In this document: piece after piece, positions 13,585 to 26,628 of the stretch
Layout of the letters: every line of letters starts with the position of its first letter
How positions within the stretch are numbered: the stretch's first letter is position 1
DNA from: Octopus sinensis
Taxonomy: Eukaryota
DNA: 64,000 bases
Direction: 5' to 3'
NCBI RefSeq assembly: GCF_006345805.1
Contig: NC_042997.1
Span: 129,766,001-129,830,000 of the forward strand
Notes under the pieces: generated by a model
Database searches by the model: none
Told to the model about the DNA's origin: nothing
Seen by the model: the letters and a program-made list of their open reading frames with translations, nothing else
Made by a program: the position numbers and the translations under genes

Positions 13585-13726
13585 CTCTCTTTCATTATCT
13601 CCAAAAGGAATATCAAGTGTTCCCATAGCTCGGATAATAGCTACTAGGGACTGTATCGTATTACTGTAGACAACAGGTTTATATTGTTTGTTATCTTCAC
13701 TTGTAAAACCACCTTCATGAATAATC
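13585..13726 (-). CDS. GNAO1: Internal coding exon (exon 3 equivalent) of heterotrimeric G protein alpha-o subunit
   Basis: Minus strand reads ...ttctcacAG|G ATT ATT CAT GAA GGT...GAA AGA GAG|GTaggc. Peptide [47 protein letters not shown] matches G-alpha-o just after the GAGESGKSTIVKQMK P-loop and is nearly identical to molluscan Go-alpha as I recall it. The 142-nt length and phase match vertebrate GNAO1 exon 3, and a polypyrimidine tract lies upstream. Confidence 0.96.
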
Positions 13727-14857
13727 CTGTGAGAAAAGAAAAGAAAAGAAAATATGAAAATAAAAAGATGTAATAATGTCATGCTAACTGTTCTGGAAAG
13801 AGAATTTAGAATGGCAACATGTTTAGAGAAGAATTCATGTAGCAATATAGTGAGTTTTTACAGAAATGTAAAAGAGAGAGAATTTCTAATCAATGCAACA
13901 AGACATGATCTAATTAGTTTGCTTTAAGTTGGCAATTCTTCGGAACTAGCCAGAAGTTAATCTGGCATACAATCTCATGACTCATTTTTCAAATAAGCTG
14001 GAAATGACTGTAGTCTTCACACAATACTCATGGGATAGCAGAAATAGATAGTAAATCAAGTTTATTTCAATACAAAAGAAACAAATAAAAAGAAAAAAGC
14101 AAAATAAATAAAAATTATCTTGAAAGGAAATGAGCCTCCAAACTAAAGATAATAAAAAAAACTGCTTTCGAAAAATTCAACAAAGAAAAAAGGAAGTTGA
14201 AAACAAAAAGTTAAAAAAAGATTAAAACAATAATTAAATGAAATCAATAGTTTTAATGTTATAGTGTATGGAAGGCAATTCCTTCAATGTTATTTCTAGG
14301 GGATTTCTCTATTAGAATTGAAAGCATAAGTGAAATTGTGAAGAAACTGCAATGAAAGCTACCTACAACATGAAATAAATTTATAATGGCCTAGATAGAA
14401 GAATTCTTTTCAGTTATGCCATTCCCTCTTGGGGGTGGGGGAGAGAATAAAAAATATAAAAAAATACTTTTGATATCTACTTTTTGATGATAACATTAGT
14501 TGGAAAGATACTTTTCAACACATTTCAATCCTACACCATCTCATCTTTGAAGTTGATTGGTACCCAACTTGGCTAACTTCTTGGTAGACTCCATTCTCTG
14601 ATAAAAGAATCAACCAAGAATATCTAATAGATATTTCTTCTTTTTACATCAATCTAACCAAAAAAATTTTAGCTATAACTTGATTGGCCCATGCATAGGA
14701 AGAGAAACCTCTTGTCAACGAGGTTAGCTGCTTACTATGATCTCCTTCAAACTCTTCCTCTATGCAATCATTATTTTCACTACAGAACTTACCATGTCAC
14801 CTAAGCAGCAAATATTATGTCATTTATAATATGAGTTAACAAAAATGGCTCTATGTT

Positions 14858-14997
14858 AGTCATGGGCAAACTGCAACATGTAGGATTCTCTGAATGACAC
14901 ATCTGATAAAAAATTACCTTGAAATTTTTTTTAGTAGTGTGACATGCCTGATGATGAGCCTAACACCAAAAAAGTTGAAAAAGGTTGCCCATACCTG
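14858..14997. mobile_element. Possible hAT-type MITE
   Basis: Imperfect terminal inverted repeat TAGTCATGGGCAAAC / GGTTGCCCATACCTG. No convincing TSD. Confidence 0.4.
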
Positions 14998-17789
14998 ATC
15001 TTTGTGACCCCATTCAAAGGAGATTTGGTTGCTAGAAATAGCAGCCTAATCTCCTTTAAATAATTCCCCTCTACATCTTAAATAAAATTTTAAAATGATA
15101 CACTGGACAATGATGATGGCATGGTGAAAGCTAGAATACCTCATAGGTCTGCATAATGAGAGTTGACCAGATGCTAAATAACTATTTTTTTTTATCAAAT
15201 CAATAGTTATGTGAAATGACCTATCAGCAGTGTGATGGATTTAACTATTTTCCTTGGATACCTTGCACAAGGATCAACATATATTGTTGTCTTCACTCTC
15301 TAACCAAGCTGGTTCTCTAAGTAGAACTCCTGCCATTTCTATTTTTGCTTCTTGTGCACCATGCTCTATACTGCTTATATGAGAGACCTCTTAAATTTTC
15401 TCACTCTATTTGGTTCCCTACCATGTACACACAGTTGCTCAATGTAAGAACTGCTTTGATTGCACTAATAGGTGATCAACCTTAAATGTGTCCTTTCCAC
15501 TACCTTCTTGTGGTGCATTCTACAGCCGGGTCCTATCATCAAGTTCTTCCATCTCTTTCCTGTCTTGTCTTGAGACAGCATTTACACAGGGTGGGTTGAG
15601 CTGGCTTCATTCATCCTCAATGCTGCATCTCTCACAAACGACGACCAGACCTGGTACATCGCACCTTCTTCAACAACAAACCCAACAAAGTTCTTCCATC
15701 ACAGGCAAACGAAAACTTAAGAAAAAGCAGTCAAGCTGACCTAAGAGCATCAAACATCAAAGTTGATGTCGGACAAAGATGTATGTGCATGTGTTGTAGG
15801 TGGCTGAGACAGACTGAAAACATTACAGTATTTTGATATATTTCTCTAGGTTCTTTGTTTAAATCCTGCTGAACTCAACTATATCAGAGTCCATAAAATA
15901 GTAGGAGCTACATCCTTGAAAGGATTCAAGTGATCATATCCTTTCCCCTCCTTTTGACAATTTGCTTAGTATTTCTGGGGTTTACAAAATATGTCCTAGT
16001 CATATACTAGTGGCAATTAAATCTCCCTAAAACTTGCTTATTGTTAGAATTACTTGCAGAAATTGTAGAGCATTGAACTAGTTTTCTCTCTCTACATATA
16101 GTGCTCAAATCTCAAAGTTACTTTAATTTTGACTTCTCTGGGGTTGATAATTAATCAATCACCAGATAGTACAAGAGGTGACTCCAATATGATTCTTAAA
16201 ATAATGTCGACATTAAAGAAATTTATAGAAGTCTTGCTAAAGCATAGAGGAGGAAAATTTGATATTGTAAATAACCATGAAGAAATGAATATTCTTTAAT
16301 TGATTCCAATACTGACACACATTATTAAAAAATAGATGACATGTAAAGAAAGAGACACAAACACATCACACTCAATCAGCTATGTTCTAAATAAACAAAA
16401 GCATTCATTCATCTTGGTAGAAGTAAAATGACAATAGCTATAGCTGTGCAAGAAACAGAGCTCCATTAAACTACATGTCAGACTACAGTTGCTTTAATTT
16501 CTGAGTGAAATGACATTCTGACTGTTGTTTGCCATCAATGGACTGCAATGCTAGTTTTAACAATGGCAAACAAACCCACAATATAGTGGAAAGAATTCAA
16601 AAGCCCACAACAAAGGATAAAATGGATGAAGTAAAAGAGATTAGATAATAGGGAGGAATTTAGTTTCATTCAGGGTCAGTATCAATTTATATTTGTTGAC
16701 CTGAATGAAGCTAATATTTGTAGAAATAAAATATTCTCTCCATAATAACTGAGCACATACAGCTGGCAAACTACAACGTGTGTGTGTGTGGAAGTGTGTA
16801 TGCACCATAAATGATTAACAAACAAAATCAATCCTCTCCAAACAATGTTGTTGTTTCTGTGGTTATTCAAACATTAGTTTGTGAACAGAAATCACTCCAA
16901 TGCCAATAATCTAAATAAATTTATTTGAAACAATTGAACAGAATTGAGAATTAAGTTTGTCAGAACTAATATTAGAGAAGACATAACTGAAAGTATAAAA
17001 CAAAACTGACTTGTGTAAAATAGAGTAAATGGAGTAGTTTGCAAGTAAATGAAGATAAAACTATCTCTATTTACCACATTAATTCTGCTTTAGCAAATTT
17101 TCAGGTCAACTGGCAGAATAGAGTATCAGAAGAAAAGGGACTAGAGGTATTTCTTCTGGCTCTTTAATTCTGAGTTCAAATCCACTGAAGATCAACTGTG
17201 CTGTTCATCCTTCCTGGGTTGTTAAATGATGTACCAGTAATTCACTAGCCCCAACTCCTCAAAATTATTGGCTTTATAACTAAATAAGATGCCATTATTT
17301 ATGCAATGCTTGGTATTCTTTTAAGCAGTGGTATCTCTGTCAGTCTTCACAAGCTATTGTTGTTCATTCTGATGAATATCTTATCAAAATGGCTTCTATA
17401 TGTAATTTCATTCTCCTGCTAACAATATTATATAACAATAAAATGGGAAAACATATAATAAAGATTTAGAAAGTGTTTAAAATAGTTGAATTAAATGATA
17501 ATAACTTACTATATAGTAACATAATGATATGGGAGAGAGGTCTGTATTCAATGTATTTAATATTTGTATCTTTGAATTTAACGGAATATCTCTTGCTAGT
17601 CATTAGTGAAACTGCTCACCAAAACACTTCATATTCTGACAATTATTGCTAAAACTGGGGATCACTGAAGTATCCATTACATATGAAGGAAAAAAAAAAG
17701 ATTTAAAGCTTATAAGACCCCTGGGTAATGTCTGTTTTTAATAACTGCAACATCACTGTCTTAATTAGCAATGCATATATAGCTATGCA

Positions 17790-19010
17790 ATATCAACTTT
17801 TTGTTGTACATGAAAAGTATGGTGATATTTTCAGTGATAATATTACTACATTCAGAGATACCAAAGTTCACATCAAAGTCACTGAAATTGGACCAAAGTT
17901 TTTTGAAGCATATATCTTGAAACGGAGTGAAGTTGAGCATAATAAATTGGAGTATGAAGATATATCAGCCCATACATTACTCAAAATGGGCATTTCTAAT
18001 AGTATCAGTTGTAAAGGGTAGAACAATAAGAACTTATGAGGACTATAAGCAAACTCAATAAATCAGCCACTTGTGAAAGGTTTCCAAAGCTTGATCATAG
18101 CTATACTTCTCAACAGTTGCTTCTGCATGAAGATCCTCAATTACTAATGGTGAATATGCATCGAGAACCTTTTTTTGATATATGCGCATGCATCCAGTTT
18201 TGGGTTAAGTATGTTCCAGTGCAAAATGGAAAAAAGTTTATGTTATATATTGTTTGTGTTTGAGATGACAATAGTGGAAGGGAAGAATGATGAGCACGTT
18301 GAAAAGGTTCTGCAAGTACTATCTGACTGTGGTCTGAAGTCGAAGAAACAGAAATGAAGCTTTATGATTCCAGAGGAAGATTATTTAGATTCCAAAATAA
18401 ACCAAGACAGTATGTTTCCAGAACTAGAGAAATTAGCACCAGTCAAGTCATAAATGAACCTAAACCAGAATATATTAATGAGATCAAATCATTCTTAGGG
18501 ATGCTTGACTATTAACACAGGCTCCAACCCAATATAGTAATCAGAGTCTTTACATAGATCTTTGAGAAAATATGTACCATGGACATATGGTACAAACTGT
18601 GTATGATAAAGTAAAGCAGATACACTGTTCCTCTGAATTTTTGGTACATTATGATCCAAATAAGCCTCTGCTGTTTTCATGTAATGTCCCATTCTACAGA
18701 ATTGGAGGTTTTTTTATTGCCTGATGCTTCTGAAAACCCTATTATTACTTCCCAAACATTTCTGAGACTGAATGAAAACATGTTCAGATTGAAAGAGAAC
18801 AAGTGTCTATCACTTATCAAGCTAAGAAGTTTTACATATATCAGTATAATTGCAAGCTAACTCATATTACTAACCATAAGCCACTTCTTGGATTCCTCAA
18901 CTAAAGTAAACTAATTTCCTCAGTAACTGCTCCCTGGGTCTAATGCTGGACCCAACTTCTGTTGTCTTATTGCCGTAAATTACTACACCAAAGCCCATTT
19001 GCATCTTGCA
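17790..19010 (+). mobile_element. Ty3/Gypsy LTR retrotransposon pol relic (RT-RNase H), heavily decayed
   Basis: Fragments HVEKVLQVLSDCGLKSKKQK, EIKSFLGMLDY (18480-18512), VHYDPNKPLLFSCNV (about 18643) and TNHKPLLG (18869-18892) correspond in order to Gypsy RT-thumb and RNase H motifs (KSFLG..YY, LVHYDP.KP...CDAS, TDHKPL). No LTRs recognised. Confidence 0.75.
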
Positions 19011-20974
19011 CATGCAAACATGGTTGATTTTCATAAATTTATGTGTGTGTGTGCGTAAAACAACTTGTAGAATGCAGCATTTACTATTTTGGTAGCATCC
19101 AATCTTTCATGTTTATCGGACAGTTCATTTGTAACTGTTGCTCTACTCAGTTTAGTTGTAATGTTAATTTCTCCTGTGCGCATAATCTTATGTTGAAATC
19201 AAAGCCACATTTCATATGTACAAGTTATAGAGAACAGTAAAGCTCATAGCAGCTACATTAATTTATTGACTGTTAGAGAATAGAAATAAAACCATTGTTT
19301 TAAAAGTTATCCTGCAGTTTTGCTTATCATGGAATCAGGATTCTCTATAAACCATCTCAATGAATTAACAAAAGAGATGAACATGATAGCTTTACACTGT
19401 ACCTTGCCTTTATCTCTGAGGCCTTACATCTATAGCAGAAACCCTTTAATTTAGTCGTTAAACTTCTTATTTCCAATTACATAAACATTGCTATTGCTTA
19501 ATGATTATTACATCATTAACTGATCTTCAAACTTTTTTTTTATTTGGATAGCCTCTTAAAAATATTTAGAAGATTGCCTCATCTAAGAATAACCATTATG
19601 TATAAAATGTTGAAGACACAACTGAAACAAATTACACTTCTATATTCATTGTTATCAAATTATAGCTGTAGATCTAAATACAAATTTCAGAAAGTTACAA
19701 TCCATTCCTATTTCACACAGAACACCCTTTCTCTTGGAATAGAATTACTAAGTCTTGAGCAATTCATATTTAGCTCAAATTACATTAACTTATCACAATT
19801 CTCCAAATACAAATTCACCTCAGCTAAGACCTGTTTCATTTCCCTAAATGATTCATAAAAACAAAGTAAAACCATTAAACTTTTTATCCTCCTTTATAAA
19901 CCTTCAATATCAATGCAAATGAAACCATTTTTGCAAAGTTGAATATTTACAACTTGTTACAGGAATAGTTTTTTTTTTAACTAGATGCAAGTCTTACCAC
20001 TAAAGTAAGAAAGAGAGTTTATTACCAGATAAACAGAAAGAAGTGAAGATACATATAAATCTCAGACACATAAAAGAATGGGTGAAGTAAAGTTTGAATG
20101 CTGTTTGAATATTTAGCATTATTTATTGGCGATTTATTTATTTCAGAGTTCTCTCACTCATTATTAAAATGTGCAGATAAGTTTAATTATTGCGTGGAAG
20201 GGAAGAATGAAGTATGTGTGTGTGAGAGAGAGAAGGAGTACGATAGAAACAGAAAGAGGGGTACAAAGACAGCTATGGATTAGTGTAATACACAAACACA
20301 TGCAAGCTAAATTCAAAGATTATCAGTTTCATAAGGGAAGGGTTAGTGCTTCATTTGCATGGTCAGTGGTTCAATACTAGTTAGAATTTGTTTTATGTAA
20401 ATGTATTAACTGTGTAGCAGCTTAATATACACACCTAGTCAACTAAAAAAGTTGGCAATTATCTAATAGTGCATATGTACTTTCATGAATAAATGATAGT
20501 AATGACAATGATGCTTAACTCTTGAAGATGAATTTGTTTCATTTAGTAAGGAGTAAGTCAGGAGTTTATAAGAAAAAATACATAGGCTTCTATATTTGGA
20601 TCAAGTTGCTTTCTACATTCTATACCAAGAATTTTTTTAGCATAATCTAGAACTGACACCTATAGAAAATTCTATACAAATTGCTTTGTATATTTTGAAG
20701 AATTGATTCTAGACTTGCACACGAAATCTAAAACCTAAAGGAACTCTGATTCCAGAAGTTTCAAAGTGAATACAGATTTCAGTTAGCAGTAGATTTCTGT
20801 ATCATAACAGTTTCAAAGAATCCTTTTCATTCAATATTGTGATAGTTTTACAACAAATGTAGCAGAATTTTTGGTAGGCTGACAATCACTTTAAATCAAA
20901 CCAAAGATAGACTCCCAAACTAAAAAGGACTTCCAACCAAGGGGAGCTTGAACGAAAATAGATAGCCTCTAAAC

Positions 20975-21121
20975 CAGTGGTTCCCAACCATTTTACTATC
21001 AAAGACCCCTTTTATTTAAATGAGTTTTCCCACAGACCCCAGGATATTAAAAGGTCTGTCAGCTTAACATGTTCACAACCTCCCAATACTACCTTGGTGG
21101 ACCACAGGTTGGGAACCACTG
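20975..21121. mobile_element. hAT/Charlie-type MITE, 147 bp, perfect 8-bp TSD
   Basis: TIRs CAGTGGTTCCCAACC / GGTTGGGAACCACTG. TSD CTCTAAAC at 20967-20974 and 21122-21129 fits the Charlie NTCTARAN target preference. Confidence 0.92.
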
Positions 21122-21129
21122 CTCTAAAC

Positions 21130-21335
21130 CAATGTTTTTCAGGGTGTCGGTGTAGCAGAGGTAACTGAATGGGGTATATGTAACAAGTGAACAGAACTTG
21201 CAATAAAGTTATAATTAAAACCTCTTTTGATTATATTTATATATTCTATATATTATTTTGTTTATTTATGGTGAGGAGCATGTTTTGTTGGAAAATCAAA
21301 GTGGAGTGTGGGATGATAAAGGTTGAGAAGCACTA
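21130..21335. mobile_element. Second, older hAT-type MITE abutting the first
   Basis: Decayed termini CAATGTTTTTCA / TGAGAAGCACTA, flanked by CTCTAAAC and CTCTACGT. Confidence 0.5.
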
Positions 21336-22249
21336 CTCTACGTAGTCAATGACTTGCTAGAAATAATAACCAAAGTTCCATCAAGTCACATCTTTCCCTC
21401 TGAAGGGAACAATGTAATCTTTGATATATACTGAACAATGTAATGCTTAATACATAAAAAGATAGGATAGTCAAGGTTGGAAGCATAATAAAAAAAAAAA
21501 AAATCTAGTGAAATAGTTTAGTGAACACAAAAATCTATATAGTCCTTCTCGTAAAGGGGCTGAAATGAACTAGCAGGTGATTGAGGAAGTTTAAGCTCCT
21601 ATACTACCAGCAACAAAGTGCTTGCCTCTTCACATAAAATGTAAATTGTACAGTGTACGTGATGTTGGTAGGAAATGGTATAAGTAAGGAGTGACTGGAG
21701 AGGAATGGACTGTATGTGGTCAGTTGTTTGATTGCAAATAATGAATTAAATTTAACTATGTAAAGGAAGTGGTGCAGGTTTTAGACATGCCAGCATGGAA
21801 AATAGACATTAAATGATGATGATATCAGAAGTAAACACAAATTTGTGATATGATACCTGAATATAATATTGTTTATGTTCAATATCACACACACATACAC
21901 ACACCCACAGCATATGATTTCCATGCTGGCAGAGGCTAACTCATGTCAGCATAGAAATCGGATATAAAATGATGATGATGAATGATGACAGCAATTATTT
22001 CAATTGAGCTGTGCATCTTCATCTTTATTTTTTTTTTATATAATGTAACTTGTTTGGAACATTTCAATTATTATTAATTAGAGTAAATTTTATAGGTCTG
22101 AAAAATGCTACAGGAAGCAAACAAAGCAAATCAATAAGGAAATTCTACAAGAACTGTGCAATAAGAACTGAATATGACTTTGGAACCCCCCCCCCCCCCA
22201 AAAAAAAAACAAAAAAAAAAACTAAAAAAGAAATTAAAATAACTTGATG

Positions 22250-23774
22250 AATTGCAATTTTGCACATGACTTTAACAAGAAAGAAAGAGTAGAGTAGGAA
22301 CTTTCAAAAGAAGAGAAAAGTGATGACATTCTTAGATCAGAACATTTTATGAAAAGCAGAATCGGACATATCTAGCATAAAGATTTCATGGCAAGAAAAT
22401 TCACCTTTTGGAATATGAAAAATAAGAACCCAAAATTTATTAAAATGATTGAACTCTATACAATTTTACCACAAAAACTGTAAATCAAAATAATAGATGA
22501 ACCAGAGCTAAGAATACTTTAGGAACAAATGATTTGGGGTAAAATAAACATGGAAGTATAGCTTTTAAGATGAAGAGTAACAACAAGTGAACAAATATAC
22601 GAACATATTTTTAATCAACAAATGGAAGAATGGATCACTTTTACAATATGTATGGAAACTTAGGAAACAGCTTCAAAAATAGATAACTTATATCACATTA
22701 ATGATGAGAGAACAGTAAAAATTGGTTTCTTATGAAGAGGAATTTAAGAAAGAATATGATTTGGACAGAATGTTAACAAAGCAAAAGCATACACAGAGGC
22801 AATGTGACAAGATGTAAATCAAAGTTTGGTTATCTCTAAATAAGCAATCAATAGAAAAGAGACATTCCAAAATTATAACACAATAATTTTTCAATGAATC
22901 AAATTTCCTGAAAGATACAGGACTCTTTTGAAGTTTGGAAGAAATATAACTGAAACATGTGAAATTCAAATTCAAGCTATATGTAAGAACAACTGCACTA
23001 ATAGAATGTCTGATGCATTTAGTAAATCAACTCATAATAGAACAATGAATGGCAACGATGAGCAAAATAATAACAGTTGTTATATGGATTGAACACAGAG
23101 TGCCAAGACATAAGATGGTTATTGAACATGAGAAACTGAAAGTAATTAGTTTTTCAGAGGAAACATTAACATCCACTCCCCAAAATTCTTTTTTCAAATT
23201 AAAAATGACAACACAGAATCCTGCTAGCTGAACATTTGTTTAGAAAAATCCATTTGTATGATGATGAATCATTAGTTGGAAATAAAGGTGAATTTTGTCC
23301 AAAGAAAGAAAGGAGTAAAACACTTGATATTTACTATGAATAGATGAATTTTCCCCTTGAAATAACTGAAAATCTAATTTCTCAAAACAAGAATAGAACA
23401 ATCTAAATGATCTATGAAAAGGATTGAAATTAACATTTAAAGAAGCTGATAATGGTAATACTGTTGTTATTATGGATACAGATTATTATAAAAAAAGTAC
23501 TTAAGATATTAAATAAATAATATTGCTATGAAAAAACAAACAACTATAAACAATCAAAAGTAGCATAAAATTTACTGACTATCAAGTATGTACCAGATAT
23601 GTTTGATGAAAGGAGTTGACTAATATATGCAAAAGCAGCAATTTCTATGGCTTACCTAAAATACATAAGAGTAAAGCTATAGGTGACATAAAGACACTAA
23701 AATCACAGATATTAAAATAAAATATCCAGATGATTTTAAATGAAGACTAAGCATAGCAGGTTTTTAAGCCTTAC

Positions 23775-23862
<88 letters not shown>

Positions 23863-24900
23863 ATTCAAGGTGATCCAGATAAGCTTAATCACTTACCAGA
23901 AACAGCAAACCAAAATACAATTACTGTTTCCTTTCATGTTGTAAATTTATATGCTAATATCAATCACAAGTAAGGAATAATTGCAATTAAATATTGGCTT
24001 TATGCATATCAATTTGAATTAGCAGAATGCAGTCAAAAGATTTTATCAATAATGGGCTTAGATTTATATTACAAAATAGTCATTTCATAGTCAATGAATC
24101 AATGTACTGACAATTATCAAAAACTGCAAGGGAACTAAAGTAGCCCTCATTTATGCTAACTTGGTGATGGCGTACCATGAAAATAAAATAACGACAAATC
24201 TTTATAGATATTTGAAAACACATTTTATGCACATTTAAAAGACAACTTGAAAATGTCTAGGTAGCTATTTTATTTCATAACAGGCTAAACTTATGGAATT
24301 TTAAAAATATGATTAACAATGTAAGCTACAGTATTAAATTCACAGCAGTATTCAACCAGAAGGAACTACTATTTTTTAACAATTATGTAAACAGGTAAGA
24401 TAGAAACAGACATTTACAATAAACTTATAAATTCGAATTCAAAGCAGTAACTTTTCTTTACATCCTTTTATTTTAAACATACAAGAATAACCATTACATT
24501 CACCCTTACAAAAAAAGATTTTCACAAAAGTATTGAACCTTACAGAGTACAAGCAAAGACTGGAAGAATCAAAGTCTAATAGCAAATGGAACAGAAGTAA
24601 AATATATATTCATCTCCAGGAAAGAAGTATTCAGTCAATGCCCTCATTTAAAACATTTCCTACTTCAGACTTGGAAGTCTCTATTTGTTGAATAGCCCTG
24701 GCACGGCTCCTTCAAATATCACCATGGCCAGAACTGATGTAAGGGCGATAATTGCCATCTCACCTGCAGCACGAACATTAATATTTTTTTTTACAAAACC
24801 AACTGACCAGTATGTCTTTCTTCCTCCAGTTGTAGAGAGGTCATGTGTCTTCAATCATTTGAGTCTGATGAGTCACCTATACTGATAAGCACTCTATAGG
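22250..24900 (+). mobile_element. Penelope-like retroelement relic (RT), interrupted by (AT)n(AG)n at about 23777-23858
   Basis: KEADNGNTVVIMDTDYYK (from 23439), a decayed SF.VVNLY.NI, TA(M)GTKVALIYANLVMAYHENK (from about 24123), then IKFT and ETDIY.K segments occur in the order of PLE reverse transcriptase motifs. Boundaries are approximate. Confidence 0.72.
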
Positions 24901-25309
24901 TGTGAAACCAATGGTCACTATGACTGGCCATAACTTTTAACTTCCTAAAAAATATATTACTGCTTTCATGCTTTAGAGTGTGTATGTGTGTGTGTTTCCA
25001 GATATATGAACTACTGATGATATATACTGCATTCAAAAATAAAATATCACTTTCTTGTCTGTATTATACAACACACATTTGACGCTTCTAAAAAATAAAT
25101 GTAAGTTTGATTATATACACATGTGGTTGTTATATCCATCTATTTATCTATCTACATATACCATGTTTGTGTGTGTGTGAGCATCTTAGTTTAAAAATAA
25201 GTAAATTGCATCCAGCTATAAAACATGACTTCAGAAAAATAGTTCAATCCATGCCAGCATGGAAAAGTGAACATAAAACACATGATGATGATGATATATG
25301 CAAATTTCA

Positions 25310-26060
25310 CCATCATTGTTTTTAATGCAGACTTTTTCAAGCTTTGCATAGGTTGGATGGGTCTTTAGTACAGCACCTCAGCATTTATTGTGGTACTTTA
25401 TCTCTTACACAACATTGAGATCAATCTTTACTACCATTCCCACAGGTTCCTTCTACTGCTCATTTGTACTCTGTCATTCATGTACATTAACATTCCACAT
25501 TCAACGAAACATGCCCACTTCATTTCTTTCCAGTATTTCCACACAATGCATATTCATTTCTAATGTTTCAATGCTGCACAACATTGTACTTCACACATAA
25601 GCATAATACAATAGCTCCATGGACTTTTTCCCTCCTGTTCTTACTCTGGTTATTATGCTTTAAGAACCTTCATCTCCACTACTAATTAGGTCACCTAAAT
25701 AATTATATCTATCAACTACTTCTAGGGAGCTTTTCAAGCATTTGAAACAATTTGACAAGTGCTTTTCTTTGGTTCACTACTCCTGTGAATATGAAGTTTT
25801 TCCTTCTCTGTCAGCCTGTTTGGGATTCCACTGCATTTCTTATGGACTTACTGTTAACATTTGGAACACAATACAGACTTCCTACCAACACTTTTCCAAT
25901 ATACTTAGTATGAATTCTACCCTGATAATAGTAAGGCTCTGTCTTTTTTTCCAGTTAATTAAAACCTTTGTCTTGTCTATGTTTACTTAGACAATTCTTG
26001 ATTCTAGGTTCACTTATATATTTCAAATTATTTCCTAATAATTCTTTGAAAGATTCAACC
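25310..26060 (-). mobile_element. RTE LINE RT C-terminal relic
   Basis: Reverse complement gives LESR...VNIDKTKVL...KSVGRKSVLCSKC.Q.VHKKCSGI, the Cys-rich insert and KTK motif typical of RTE ORFs. Confidence 0.65.
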
Positions 26061-26211
26061 AAGAACTAGACACATACTTCTTAACCATACAACCACAGTT
26101 GTATGTATGTACTGTGTGTGTGTGTGTGTAAATATTTATGTACAAAATTATATTGTTATATTACATCACCACAATCATGACATAATTACAAACACACATA
26201 CGCACACACTA

Positions 26212-26626
26212 TAATCAAGCATGGTTGTGTGGTTAAGAAGCTTGCTTTCCAAACCGGCAGTCTTTGGTTCATTCCTATTGCGTGGCACCTTGAGAAAGTG
26301 TCTTCTACTATAACCCTGTGCTTACCACTTTGAATAGATACAGCTGATGAAAACTGAAAGAGGCTTGCTGTTGTTGTTGTGTGTGTGTGTGTGTGTGCAT
26401 GTATGCATATGTATGGGTATGTGTACCTTTGTCTTGACATCACATGATGGACGTAAATGAGCATCATCGTCATACAAAAGCAGTCAATTTCCACACTTTC
26501 ATGAAAAACATTACCTTGCTTGGAAACAAGTGAGGGTTGGTAACAGGAAAGGCATCAGATAGAAAATCTGCTTCCACAAATGCTGTTTGAGTGATGGAAG
26601 CATGGAAAAGTGGATGCCAGATGATA
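26212..26626 (+). mobile_element. Family B SINE with RTE-type tail
   Basis: Head GCATGGTTGTGTGGTTAAGAAGCTTGC..., (TG)n linker, and a 3' module ending GGAAAGGCATC...GCATGGAAAAGTGGATGCCAGATGAT. Confidence 0.8.
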
Positions 26627-26628
26627 TA

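Noticed and set aside
13531-13845. 104-aa ORF containing the G-alpha-o peptide
   Set aside because: Only 13585-13726 is exon. The ORF reads through both splice sites into intron (MLHEFF... and VGRKK... are not G-protein sequence).
12000-15000. Intronic sequence complementary to exon 3 (editing ECS)
   Set aside because: No match longer than about 9 nt seen by eye. A folding computation would be needed.
15300-15760. Possible L1/Tx1 C-terminal zinc-knuckle relic (VVCERCSIEDE) on the minus strand
   Set aside because: A single short motif with stops. Probably a LINE remnant but not assignable.
24860-24905. CTGATGAGTC at the end of the Penelope relic as a hammerhead
   Set aside because: No GAAA at the right spacing and stems II/III do not close convincingly.
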